Of a DNA stretch of 39,522 bases, positions 1 to 10,132 are shown piece after piece. Under the pieces are notes generated by a model, which did no database searches, was not told the DNA's origin, and saw only the letters and a program-made list of their open reading frames with translations. Each line of letters opens with the position of its first letter. Position 1 is the stretch's first letter. The stretch is from Saprolegnia diclina VS20 (lineage: Eukaryota). A program made the position numbers and the translations under genes. Where the stretch lies: assembly GCF_000281045.1 (NCBI RefSeq), contig NW_008246107.1, positions 70,372 to 109,893 of the forward strand. Direction: 5' to 3'.

Positions 1-1613
1 GAGTTTCTCATCGACCTCGTGTCCGAGCACGACGGTCTCACACTTGGCACCGCGGTCGAGCTCGTGGTGTTGGCCAAGCGGGTGAGCATCGAGCGTCTCC
101 GTCCCGATGCCGAGCGCGTGATCGCCAAAACGCTCAAGACGTCGGCGGCCGCGGCGTCGCGCTTCCACGCCAGCGTCCGTGCCCAGTTTACGTGTGCGCT
201 CTTCCCTGTCGTCTTCATGGAACCGAGGGCACTGGATGCTAGCCTCACGCTCCTCCAGGACAGGTTGGTCGGCGTGCACGAGTGCATTGCACCCAATTGG
301 CGCGTCATCCTGGCGGACGGGCAGTTTGGCCGTAGCTGGGCCGAGCCGCACGAGCTCGCGTCATCGCTGTGGGACTTGCACCAAACGTTTTTTGGTCACA
401 TTTTGCCGCTGCTCACGTTCCACGTGCGCGTCCCCAACCCCTTGATGACTGCCCACGGCCCGTCGACGAGCCCGTTTCTCGAGCTTCTTCGGGCGTATGT
501 CGCGTCCAAGGACATCTCGGTGGCCCTTCTCTTTGCCTGCAATGCGCTTTTGGTGAGCATCTTGTCTACGCAAGGCGCGCCAAGTGATAGGATCCACTGC
601 GCCAAGGTCGTCGACGACACGCGTTGGACGATCGACCGCCACGCCACCCAGATGCAAGCCGATCGTGGCATTGTGGACGGTCTACTCGTGGCAGCGCCGA
701 CCATGCACAACGTCAAGGTGGTCCTTGGCTGGTTTGACGACATCCGACGCATAACGTCGGCCAACAAGTACTTTAGCCAAAAGGAAGTCGACCGCGCGTG
801 GTTCAACCCGTACATGGCGGGCCAAGTTCTTCTCTCGATGAATATGGACATTACGTTCACCTTGGGCTTGACGGCGATCGATGACATTGGCCAAGCGCGT
901 ACGATACTCCACTTTTACAACGCGCTCCGCGTCCTCGACAAGATCCCACCGAACAGAGACCTCGACAACTTGGTCACCATGTACGAGCGCGGCAAGTCGG
1001 TGTGGGTCGGCGGCCGCCCTACCGCCCGTGGCAATATTCTAAAAGCATATTTGCTCGCGTGGGGCTACAACCCGTATACGACCGCGACCATGGCGGCCGG
1101 CATTTGCGACGACCACGAAGAGTACGTTGCCAAAGGCGCGCTGCGCGACCGCATGGACCACCGCAGTGCGGCGCAGAGGGCGTCGACGCCGCACAACACG
1201 TCTCGGAAGAAGCTCGAACCGACCAAGCCCGCGCACGTGAGCAAGGCGTATCGCTACGTGACACGGACAATGTTGCCGGACGACGTGGACGCCACGCGCC
1301 TTCCGAGTGCCTTTGCCATTCGGGCCATCGTCCTCAGCGACTTTGACGCGTTTTTATACCTCGACCTCAAACGGGTCGGCCAGCTCTTTCGTGAAGCGTG
1401 GAGGGAATGCTCCACACCACAGTCGCGACTCACGTCTACAGTGGTCCGTGGCACGAGACGGACGTCCACGCCCGCCATCAGAGTGAAATCATGGTTTCCC
1501 AAACGCTCCTCGCGCTCTGCGACTGCAAACCCGACGACCATCGCCTTGTCCAAATTGCCAAAGTGTTGACGCACGTCGCGAACCGCATGCACGAGATGCA
1601 CTGCCTCGCGTAG
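1..1613 (+). CDS. DUF6604-like family protein, copy 1 (5'-truncated by window edge; apparent 1-nt frameshift at ~1407)
   Basis: Frame is open from base 1. Shares RAWFNPYMAGQ, H(F/L)YNALRVLDKIPPN and ERGKSVWVGGRPT with the other copies. The paralogous C-terminus (GPWHETD...LLALCDCKPDD) continues in the 1398-1613 frame. Confidence 0.8.
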
Positions 1614-1817
1614 ACGGTCGTAGCACTGTCGCTCCATGGTCGTTGCGGTTGCTAACCATAGATCAAGGGACACGTGAGGAGCATCGATACAGCTACCATA
1701 TCGTGCGCGCCGGTCTCGTTGCATCGTCGCGCTCGACCAAACCAAGGTGCAAGAAGGGCAGACATGGTCGGAGGGGGCTTCCTCTCGAGCCAGAAACGAA
1801 TGACTTTGGAGTTGAAG

Positions 1818-2030
1818 TGTAACGAGTGGCTTTTGGACGGCGCCGTTGAGGCACTGCTACTGCACGTGATGAGGAAGCGTAAGCCTTGGACAAGACCCGG
1901 TGGTCGGGAGAAGGCAACAGTGAAAGTGATCATTGGAACAGTGAAAGTGATCATTGGAAAGAAATACTAGTACGACAAAAGACTAACCTAGACTGACTAT
2001 GCTGGATACGATGAACTAGACTAAGGGCAT
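1818..2030 (-). repeat. Partial LTR (putative 3' LTR, inner part lost), with an internal 21-bp tandem duplication
   Basis: Matches the right LTR from tgtaacgagtggc to actagactaagggcat. aacagtgaaagtgatcattgg occurs twice at ~1916-1957. Confidence 0.75.
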
Positions 2031-2268
2031 GGGACGAGGCGTGAGCAAACCGGACGACGATCGCTGCAAAGACACCGAATGGACGTTGTGCAGCGTGCGA
2101 CGCGGCGGGCGTTGGCGCAAGCTGTCGGCACGCGGTGGAGCCGGGGTACGAGGCAACGGCGCGTTGTGCGTGAATGGGCCGCAAGTGGAAGCACGAGTGG
2201 CGGCCGCAAAGGAGGCAGTAGCCGTAGCGACTGCAGGCGACGAAGCTCAAGCGCGAGGCGCATGAGAC

Positions 2269-2952
2269 GGCACTTGTTGGTTGCGTTCCATCGAGCGCTG
2301 CTGGTTGAGACGAGGCGCATCATGAGCGACGCGGCGACGACGGTCATCGAACTCGTGGAGGACGCGCGAGCTGTGTGCGAGGCCGGTAATCTTGGAGGCG
2401 GGCTCCCAAGACGCATGTTCGTAGCTTTCGCCGTGCCAGGCGACGAGGTAATGATGCTCGCTTGGCGCACGTCTTCATCGAGGATGGCTTCGACCAAGAG
2501 CATCGGGTTGCCATCTTCATCGAGCATCGTGGGCACTGCCTTGGGAATCGACGCGTGATGAAGCGATCGGGCGTGTCCTTGGCGAGCTTGAGACGGTCGA
2601 CGTTGGTCGCCTGCATCCCGTCTTCAACGTCGACCGTCTCAAGCTCGCCAAGGATCGCTTCATCATGCGTCGATTCCCAAGGCAGTGCCCACGATGCTCG
2701 ATGAAGATGGCAACCCGATGCTCTTGGTCGAAGCCATCCTCGATGAAGACGTGCGCCAAGCGAGCATCATTACCTCGTCGCCTGGCACGGCGAAAGCTAC
2801 GAACATGCGTCTTGGGAGCCCGCCTCCAAGATTACCGGCCTCGCACACAGCTCGCGCGTCCTCCGCGAGTTCGACGACCGTCGTCGCCGCGTCGCTCATG
2901 ATGCGCCTCGTCTCAACCAGCAGCGCTCGATGGAACGCAACCAACGAGTGCC
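2269..2952. repeat. Long inverted repeat (arms 2269-2605 and 2625-2952, 19-nt loop)
   Basis: Arms are reverse complements with about 4 substitutions and one 9-bp indel (counted by eye). Mirrored ORFs appear in the six-frame track. Confidence 0.95.
2608..2880 (+). pseudogene. Gypsy integrase C-terminal (HPVF motif) plus chromodomain remnant, two frameshifts; mirrored on the minus strand in the left arm
   Basis: Joined frames read RLHPVFNVDRLKLAKD... / ...LDEDGNPMLLVEAILDEDVRQ / EHHYLVAWHGESYEHASWEPASKI, which fits the chromodomain pattern YLVxWxG...SWEP. Confidence 0.85.
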
Positions 2953-2958
2953 ACCAAA

Positions 2959-3272
2959 TGTAACGAGTGGCTCTTGGACGTCGCCAAGACCCGGTGGTCG
3001 AGAGAAGGCAAAACTGAATGTGATCGTTGGAAAGAAATACGGCAGAAGACTAACCTCGACTGACTATGCTGGATACGATGAACTAGACTAAGGGCATACT
3101 TCAACGTGGCAAGCCGAAGCAACGTGCAAAGGCGCAGAGGATGATGGGACTTGGACTGATATGGATGCAAGACGAACGAAACTGAAGACAAGACGACACG
3201 GCGTCGGTGACGGTGCACAGTGACCCACCCGTTCGGGAGCGATCGTGGTAGTCGGGGGCTTACCTTGTTACA
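2959..3272 (-). repeat. LTR with both termini present (putative 5' LTR)
   Basis: Starts TGTAAC and ends GTTACA. 2959-3097 matches 1818-2030 with indels. Confidence 0.8.
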
Positions 3273-3592
3273 TGAAGACTCTGCATCCGACGAGGTCTTT
3301 AAGACTGAGACTCGTGATTTTTTGAGTTTTGAGTTTGTCATTTTGCCACTGACGTCATGTCGCATAGCAACACTGCTACTAAGCGCGCGACGACAGAGCG
3401 TCGGCCCAGAAAAGCCTGCGCACCGCAGCGGAGGTAGTGCGTTGGCTTTTGTTGCGCGAGTCCCGGTCGTTCACGTGATAGGGCTTGAGAGTAGATGGCA
3501 CGCTTCGGCCGCGCCAAGCCTGGTGCGCCTCCAGCAACGTCGCCAGCGCGGCGAGATTGGCATTTACACAATAATATTTTAGTGTTGACAAT

Positions 3593-6277
3593 CTACCAGT
3601 CGTACGTGGTGGATCCGTCGGAGCCCATCATGGAGGCCATCGCCGCGTCACGAATGGCGGTGATGCGCTGTGTCTTTTGCGTAAGCTCGGTGGCGTCGCG
3701 CTGGCGGGCAAAGTGGTCGCGCAGCGCCGAGGCCGTGACTTGTCCTGGCTGACGCACCTTGCATACGAACGCCGCGTCGACGACCTCGTCGTACTCCAAG
3801 TCGTGCTCGAGCTCGAAATTGTCGTCATGACGTGGCGACGTGGTGTGCTGCAGCTGCAACTGCAGCGGATGACGACGCACCCGCTTGAGCATGCGGTCGC
3901 ACGCGTTCCAGTCGCCAACGGCAAACGTGACGCGCACGGGGTCCTTGAGGTACCGCTCAAAGTCGCGGCAATGGTCGCAGCACGCCGGCACAGCAATGTT
4001 GAGAAGCGCATAGTCGGTGAGACGCTGCACAGAGGGCGCGTTGGCGACGTCTGCCAAGTAGACGCGCGCGAGTCGCGAGAGCAAGCGCGCCTCAGACGGC
4101 ACCAGCGCTTGCAACTCGATCACGACATCGCCGAGCGTCGTTCGAATGGCGTCGCGCCCCAGCGCCGCAAGCCACGTGGCCATGAACGTCATCAAGTGGA
4201 CGCGGTCAAACTGGGCAAAATATGTCAGCGCCGAGACTGCGTTGAGCACGGGCCAGGGCCGGGACCGACCGATCCGGCCTTGGTTGGCGACGATACTGTC
4301 GCCCGCCGCGTCCAGCAGCAGCTCCGAGCACTGTTGGCGAATGGCGGGCGAGGCAATCTCGGGCCAGAGCTGCACGAACCCGAGAATCGACGGAGCAAGC
4401 GCCAAGTGCCGATCAAATGTAAGCTGGTCCAGCACGGCCGTGAACCGGTGGCCGACGGCGGCGACCACCAACAGCGACGACACGAGCTGCCGGTCAAAGT
4501 GGACGTTGTCCTCGAGGTCAGGGTCGGTGCCATGCAGGTACGCGTCGAGGATGTCGTTGATGAAGCCCATGTTGGCGCGAGGGTCCAGCCCAAGGCGCAT
4601 CGCTGCCGCCACACCCGGTGTCATGTCGAGCACAGGCTCGAAGATATCCATGCCTTGCATCTCGGCCAGCGACACGGGTGGCCCGAGATACGACGCAATG
4701 TGGGCCACGACAGAGTCCGGCAGGCGGTTGTAGAGCCAGCGCTGGCGCAGGAGCTCTGGGCGGGCCACGTACAACTGCAGAAACAAGGTGTACTGGAAGA
4801 TAGCACGGGGCGCCTCCGCGGCGCAGCTGTCGTCCATGCAGCCGTCTTCCACGATGACCGTACCGCATGGCTGGATGACATCCTCGACCTCGGCCGCAAG
4901 TTGCGACCAAAGCGACACGATGCACTCGACCGCGAACGGCTGCGACATGGGCGCGCAGATCGGCGACTCGGCGGCGCCGGCCAAGTTGGCGACGAGGCGG
5001 TAGCACAAGTGGAGGCCGCGCGCGCTCTTGCTCCAGCGGCGCAGCATGGCGTGCAGCGAGACCGAGAGTGTTTCCCAGCCAAAAGAGGCGATCAGCTTCG
5101 AAATGGCGCACGCGACGCCTGTGAACGAGTCGGCGTCCTTGGTGTACCGAGCAATGTCGCGCACAAGGTATTGGACCGTAGCAGTCTCTCGCAGCGCAAT
5201 GAGCACGTCGCACAAGACGCAGAGGCTTTGGCCGTACGACGCACCGACCTCGGGCTCGGTGCGGTCGTTGAACCGGACCAAGAGAGCATCGAGAAGAGCC
5301 GTCATCGACGGTTGACCGAGAAGCGTATTTTCATCCGAACGGTTGCGGACGCTGTCCTGGAGCGCGTGGACGCCGGTCTCGAGGTCGACGACGAGAATGC
5401 GAGCGCATTTCGGCCAGAAGAAGAGCGAGTACCGGGGCCCGCTGTAGCTGTCCTGGCGCGGGTCGGCCTTCTCCAAGAGAAGGGCTTCGGCCGAGAGGTA
5501 GTGCGTGCGGTCCGCGACGACGTCGGGCAGCGCCGCACCGGGCACCTCCTGGAAGCGCCGGATCGTCGCAGCGTACCCCGTGTCGCCGTCGTTGAAGAGG
5601 TCGGCGTATTTCTCATGCTCGGCAAGCACCACGTCGTACGCGCCGGACTGAAGCAGCGCCTGCACCACGTGCTTGTCGCCATGCGTGAGCTGGTCGTAGG
5701 CCAACGTCGGGTTTGGTACTGACAAGCGAAGACTCGCAAAGTGAAATGGCCGAGGCGTCACGCGCGCCGCCGCCGCGAGCTTGGCCACCGCGTCCTCGAA
5801 GCGCGTCGACGGCGACGTGTCTACGAGGTCGTAGACCAAAAGCGCGCGCCGCCCGCTCGTGATGGGATGAACCGTGACGACCGTCGACGCGGCGTGGATC
5901 AGACAGTGCAGCCGCGTGAGATGTGAGTCGTGCTGCCACATATGCGTGGCGTTGTCGTTCGATAGGACCATCTCGCCGCCCGTAAACATGGACGGGAGCA
6001 GGAAGGCGACGGTGCCAACGCTGTTTGCACGTGGCGGCAACAACGTTGGCGCAACGCCAGTCGCATCGAGCAGCAAGTGCGACAGCTGCAGCGAGAGAGA
6101 TGCTTGCAGCGAATACATCATCTGGATGGACTGGTGGGCCATGTCCAAGGCGTGATGCCAGTCGGCGCTCTGGATCGAGAGGTGCGCCGCCGGCACGACC
6201 GCAACGCCTGGCGACGTCGTGTATGCGTCAATGACCTCGCGCGCCTGGGCCCTCCCGAGCGGCCAGCCAAGCCACTC
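3593..6277 (-). CDS. Large protein with a degenerate N-terminal 2OG-Fe(II) oxygenase-like domain and a C-terminal CCxxC motif; 5' end in gap
   Basis: About 890 open codons up to the gap. GTVAFLLPSMFTGGEMVLS and VHPITSGRRALLVYDL resemble the 2OG-Fe(II) oxygenase core. ACCDHCRDFERYLKDP lies near the C-terminus. Confidence 0.65.
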   Translation of the reverse strand, partial: EWLGWPLGRAQAREVIDAYTTSPGVAVVPAAHLSIQSADWHHALDMAHQSIQMMYSLQASLSLQLSHLLLDATGVAPTLLPPRANSVGTVAFLLPSMFTGGEMVLSNDNATHMWQHDSHLTRLHCLIHAASTVVTVHPITSGRRALLVYDLVDTSPSTRFEDAVAKLAAAARVTPRPFHFASLRLSVPNPTLAYDQLTHGDKHVVQALLQSGAYDVVLAEHEKYADLFNDGDTGYAATIRRFQEVPGAALPDVVADRTHYLSAEALLLEKADPRQDSYSGPRYSLFFWPKCARILVVDLETGVHALQDSVRNRSDENTLLGQPSMTALLDALLVRFNDRTEPEVGASYGQSLCVLCDVLIALRETATVQYLVRDIARYTKDADSFTGVACAISKLIASFGWETLSVSLHAMLRRWSKSARGLHLCYRLVANLAGAAESPICAPMSQPFAVECIVSLWSQLAAEVEDVIQPCGTVIVEDGCMDDSCAAEAPRAIFQYTLFLQLYVARPELLRQRWLYNRLPDSVVAHIASYLGPPVSLAEMQGMDIFEPVLDMTPGVAAAMRLGLDPRANMGFINDILDAYLHGTDPDLEDNVHFDRQLVSSLLVVAAVGHRFTAVLDQLTFDRHLALAPSILGFVQLWPEIASPAIRQQCSELLLDAAGDSIVANQGRIGRSRPWPVLNAVSALTYFAQFDRVHLMTFMATWLAALGRDAIRTTLGDVVIELQALVPSEARLLSRLARVYLADVANAPSVQRLTDYALLNIAVPACCDHCRDFERYLKDPVRVTFAVGDWNACDRMLKRVRRHPLQLQLQHTTSPRHDDNFELEHDLEYDEVVDAAFVCKVRQPGQVTASALRDHFARQRDATELTQKTQRITAIRDAAMASMMGSDGSTTYDW

Positions 6278-6810
6278 NNNNNNNNNNNNNNNNNNNNNNN
6301 NNNNNNNNNNNNNNNNNNNNNNNNNNNNNNNNNNNNNNNNNNNNNNNNNNNNNNNNNNNNNNNNNNNNNNNNNNNNNNNNNNNNNNNNNNNNNNNNNNNN
6401 NNNNNNNNNNNNNNNNNNNNNNNNNNNNNNNNNNNNNNNNNNNNNNNNNNNNNNNNNNNNNNNNNNNNNNNNNNNNNNNNNNNNNNNNNNNNNNNNNNNN
6501 NNNNNNNNNNNNNNNNNNNNNNNNNNNNNNNNNNNNNNNNNNNNNNNNNNNNNNNNNNNNNNNNNNNNNNNNNNNNNNNNNNNNNNNNNNNNNNNNNNNN
6601 NNNNNNNNNNNNNNNNNNNNNNNNNNNNNNNNNNNNNNNNNNNNNNNNNNNNNNNNNNNNNNNNNNNNNNNNNNNNNNNNNNNNNNNNNNNNNNNNNNNN
6701 NNNNNNNNNNNNNNNNNNNNNNNNNNNNNNNNNNNNNNNNNNNNNNNNNNNNNNNNNNNNNNNNNNNNNNNNNNNNNNNNNNNNNNNNNNNNNNNNNNNN
6801 NNNNNNNNNN
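6278..6810. other. Assembly gap (N run)
   Basis: 533 N. Confidence 1.
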
Positions 6811-6842
6811 AATACATTGGTGTAGCGAGAGTACCTCGAGCG

Positions 6843-7360
6843 CTATGGCATGACGTACGCTTCGTGCATGCGCTTGGCGACGCGCATCAACGCCAAAGCC
6901 ACGATCGTGACGCGAGGGTCGTTCGAGTCGCTGTCGCAGAGCCCGAGGAGCGACTGAACTAGTAGGCTTTCAACACCAAGGCGCCTACGGATGGGCATCT
7001 CGCGTGACGAGTCACCGTCCTCGAGCGCGTAGCCTGTACAGCCAACGGTTTGGATCAGCTCGTTCCACGCGTCACGGAAGAGCTGTCCGACCGCGTTGAG
7101 GTTGAGGTACTGGAACGCGTCGTAGTCGTTGTGGACGGCGTTCATCACGTCGAAAATGCACGGAAGCTGCGCCGTGTCGACCGGCGCTGCCGACCGCGTC
7201 ACGTATCGATACGCTGTGCTGACGGGACCGGGCTCGGTCACCAAGACCTTGTGAGCGTGGTTGCGCACCTTCGGACTCTTCATTTTCTGCGCTGCGCTAC
7301 GGTGGTCCATCCGGTCGCGCATCGTGGTCGCTGCAACTACTGGCCGCCATGGTTGCTGCC
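6843..7360 (-). pseudogene. DUF6604-like 3' remnant
   Basis: RDRMDHRSAAQK...AYRYVTR...LLGLCDSDSNDPR matches the paralogue C-termini. Upstream AATMAASSCSDH is out of frame, consistent with a ~23-nt deletion relative to copy 1. No 5' part of the gene is present. Confidence 0.8.
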
Positions 7361-7366
7361 CTGTAA

Positions 7367-7531
7367 TCAAGATTTCCTGGACGCTGCGACCGCAACCCCG
7401 ACGACGATCGCGTCGTGAAGATGGTCAAAGAGTTGACGCAGGTCACGAGCCGCGAGCACGAAATGTACCTTGAGCCGACGGCCATGACCGAGTGCGATCA
7501 TGCCAACCACAAGCTGAAAAAGACTATTTGA
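7367..7531 (+). pseudogene. DUF6604-like extreme 3' remnant, opposite orientation
   Basis: The frame from 7379 reads GRCDRNPDDDRVVKMVKELTQVTSREHEMYLEP, versus LCDRDPDDDRVLKIAEALMHLTERLPEAYLTSP in copy 3. It is absent from the ORF track. Confidence 0.7.
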
Positions 7532-7609
7532 TTATAGTCATGCTGTTAGAACCTTTGCAACTTCTGTCATCTCGTTGGTCTATATCCAGGAAATGACTGC
7601 TGGAGCGAT

Positions 7610-10066
7610 CTACGAGCGGCTTCCGGTCGCGCTCGTGTGGGCAGTGCGCATCTGCTGCGCGAGTTGCTCCATCGACGCGGCGGCCACCAAAATGCGCGGA
7701 TGATCGGGGTTGACGTCGCAGAGGCCGAGGAGCGTCTGGAAAAAGAGGTTTTCATTGTGCACGCGGACGTTGGCGTCCGTCTCGCGCCATGGACCATCGA
7801 CGATGCCACGCTCTGGCGCAAAGGCCAGGCCTTTGAAGTCGAATGCTTGAATCATAGCCTTCCACGCCGCGCGAAAGAGCTGTCCGACCTTGTTGAGGTC
7901 AAGGTACTGAAACGCGTTATAGTCGCTGTGGAGGACGTTCATAATGTTAATGGCCAATGGAAGCCGCGCCGATCCGTCCTTGTCTGTCTTGTCCGTCAGA
8001 CGCGTCACATGTCGATACGCTCTGCTCACGGGCGCCGGGTCGGTCGTCTGGAGCTCTCGACCAAAGTCGCTGATTTTGGGGTGCTTCTTTTGGGCGTCGC
8101 TGCGGTGGTCCCTCTGGTCGCGAAGCGTCGTCTTTGCGAGGAAGGCTTCCTTGTCTCGGTGGAGGTTGGCCGCCAAGGCCGCCGCCGTCGACGCGTTGTA
8201 GCCCCACGCCAGCATATGGGCTTTGACAAAGCCGCCACGGACGGTCGGACGGCCTCCGACCCACACCGACTTGCCGCGCTCAAACATATTGACCAAGTTG
8301 TCGAGGTCTCTGTTCGGTGGGATCTTGTCGAGGACGCGGAGTGCGTTGTAGAGGTGAAGGACCATGCGCGTCTGCCCAATGTCATCCATGGTCGCGAGGC
8401 CCATGGAGAAGCGCACCTTCATCGCAATCGTGAGGAGGATTTGGCCGGCCATGTATGGGTTGAGCCACGCCCGGTCGACTTCCATCTGATTAAAGTCTTT
8501 GGTCGGCGACGTCATGATGCGGAGGTTGCCAAGCCACGCAAGCGCCACGTCGACATTCTTCTGGGTCGTCGCTGGGACAAACATCCCAAGGACGTTGTCG
8601 CGATCGGCTTGCATCTGAGTCGTCGCTTGGGCGATCGTGACGCGCGCGTTGTCGACGATCTTGGCACACGTAATGACGTCCGTGGCCGGTCCTTGAGCAA
8701 GAAACAGACTCCACAAGAGTGACTGGCACGCAAACACAAGGGCGACCGAGAGCTCTCTTTTTTTCACAAACGTCTCGAGCAGCACAAGCAAGGGAGTCAT
8801 CTCGGCTTCGTGCTCGATTTTGTTGGGGCCGCGGCCTTGTAGGAACGTGACTAGCGGCGGTAAAATATGCGCAAAGAACGTCTGGTACAAGTCGGCCAAG
8901 GACGCGGCCAGTGCGTGCGGCTCGGCCCAGTCGCGGCCAAAAAAGCCGTCTTCACAGACCATGCGAAGACCGGGCTTGATGACCTCGTGAAAGCCGTACA
9001 ACAACCGGTGGAGGTAGACAAGGCTGCTGTTGAGACCCAACGTCGACGACCATTCGAGCTGTGCAAGAGACGCCTCGGCCATGTACTGGGCGGAGACACG
9101 GTCGACAAAGCGTGACGCGACCATCGACGTTGTCTGAAGACGCTGAGCGATCGCGCGCTCTGCGGCCGGACGAAGCCGCGGCACCATGGCGCGCTGGGCA
9201 ACGACAACCAGCTCGACCGCGGTGCCAAGAGGAAGGCCATTATGGTCCGAGACGAGGTCCATGAGGATGCCATCGCAAACGAGAAGCGCGATAATATGGT
9301 CGAGGTCCTTGAGGTACGGGTGGGCAAAGCTCAAGTCGTTGCTGAGGACTTGGACGGAGTGGACGCAGGCGTTGGTGATGGCCGTCGCTGCGAGCAACGA
9401 CGTCTGACCATCCTTGTACGTGGCCCAGCCCAGCATGACCTCGTGCATCAGGTCGTCGAGGTCGAGGAGGAAGCACATGACCTGGAAATTCTCGTCTTCG
9501 ATACGCGCCAGGAGCGCTGCGCGGGCTGCGTCCGAAGCATCGACCGGCGCGACGAAGGTCGTCATGTCGAACGGCGGCATCGGTGTCTCTGCCCACACGT
9601 CGGCGTCGTCATCCACGTCGTCGGTGGCGAGGGCCTCAAAGGCGTTGGCCACGTTGATATTGCTGCTAGCTGCATCGCCACTCGCTTCATGAACAGGACC
9701 TGGCGTCTTGATGGGCACCAGCGGCGTCCACTGGACCTCGATCGCACGAAGTGTGTTGAGGACATGCGCATGGCCGGCGTCGGGAGCCATTTTGAGAGAG
9801 TACTGGTGGCGCAGGCGGATGGCCGTCCCAAGCTTGCGCAAGATGGCAGCGGGCACGGGCAAGGCAGCCTCGACGACCTCGAGCGCAGCGGCGTAGATTT
9901 GCGAGACCGACCACTCGGCGACGTTGGCCGACCGCGCGCCGTGCTTCTTGACCTTGCGCTTGGCGTTCTTGGTCTTGGGCTTGGTCGCTCGGTGGAGCCA
10001 CTCGAAGACGGCGTTGGTCGTCGCCTTGTAGCGATGGTAGCGCCCACACGCGCCCGCGCTAGTCAT
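7610..10066 (-). CDS. DUF6604-like family protein, copy 2 (~818 aa)
   Basis: Intronless ORF with YHRYKATTNAVFEWL, LGTAIRLR..DAGHAHVL, NAFEAL and CFLLDL..W..YKDG..SLLAATAITN, a pattern I recognise from DUF6604. Start chosen by alignment with paralogues; ATG 10099 is an alternative. Confidence 0.85.
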   Translation of the reverse strand: MTSAGACGRYHRYKATTNAVFEWLHRATKPKTKNAKRKVKKHGARSANVAEWSVSQIYAAALEVVEAALPVPAAILRKLGTAIRLRHQYSLKMAPDAGHAHVLNTLRAIEVQWTPLVPIKTPGPVHEASGDAASSNINVANAFEALATDDVDDDADVWAETPMPPFDMTTFVAPVDASDAARAALLARIEDENFQVMCFLLDLDDLMHEVMLGWATYKDGQTSLLAATAITNACVHSVQVLSNDLSFAHPYLKDLDHIIALLVCDGILMDLVSDHNGLPLGTAVELVVVAQRAMVPRLRPAAERAIAQRLQTTSMVASRFVDRVSAQYMAEASLAQLEWSSTLGLNSSLVYLHRLLYGFHEVIKPGLRMVCEDGFFGRDWAEPHALAASLADLYQTFFAHILPPLVTFLQGRGPNKIEHEAEMTPLLVLLETFVKKRELSVALVFACQSLLWSLFLAQGPATDVITCAKIVDNARVTIAQATTQMQADRDNVLGMFVPATTQKNVDVALAWLGNLRIMTSPTKDFNQMEVDRAWLNPYMAGQILLTIAMKVRFSMGLATMDDIGQTRMVLHLYNALRVLDKIPPNRDLDNLVNMFERGKSVWVGGRPTVRGGFVKAHMLAWGYNASTAAALAANLHRDKEAFLAKTTLRDQRDHRSDAQKKHPKISDFGRELQTTDPAPVSRAYRHVTRLTDKTDKDGSARLPLAINIMNVLHSDYNAFQYLDLNKVGQLFRAAWKAMIQAFDFKGLAFAPERGIVDGPWRETDANVRVHNENLFFQTLLGLCDVNPDHPRILVAAASMEQLAQQMRTAHTSATGSRS

Positions 10067-10110
10067 GTGGTCGCCGTTCACTTTGCTTTCTGGATCCATA
10101 TTTTTAATTC

Positions 10111-10132
10111 TGGGACAAAGGGGTTTGTCCCA
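10111..10132. promoter_or_regulatory. Palindromic motif TGGGACAAA-N4-TTTGTCCCA
   Basis: Perfect 9-bp inverted repeat ~45 bp upstream of copy 2. Recurs at 20548 and 20630. Confidence 0.55.

Larger units (their letters stand above)
1818..3272 (-). mobile_element. Non-autonomous Ty3/gypsy chromovirus-derived LTR element with internal foldback
   Basis: TGAAG lies on both sides (1813-1817 and 3273-3277). Termini are TGTAAC...GTTACA. Direct repeats at 1818-2030 and 2959-3097. PBS-like TGGTGGCACTCG sits 2 nt inside the right LTR on the minus strand. Integrase tail and chromodomain remnants lie inside. Confidence 0.85.

Noticed and set aside
2021..2963. Mirror ORFs MPTMLDEDGNP... as real genes
   Set aside because: They are out-of-frame readings of the frameshifted chromodomain remnant within the inverted repeat.
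3677..5722. Long antisense ORFs (also 18005-20530, 7637-8722, 9242-10237, 10458-11333)
   Set aside because: These are shadow frames opposite GC3-rich genes, with no recognisable motifs.
6077..6962. ORFs spanning N runs (also 11778-13345 and the MY start at 6817)
   Set aside because: Artefacts of translating through assembly gaps.
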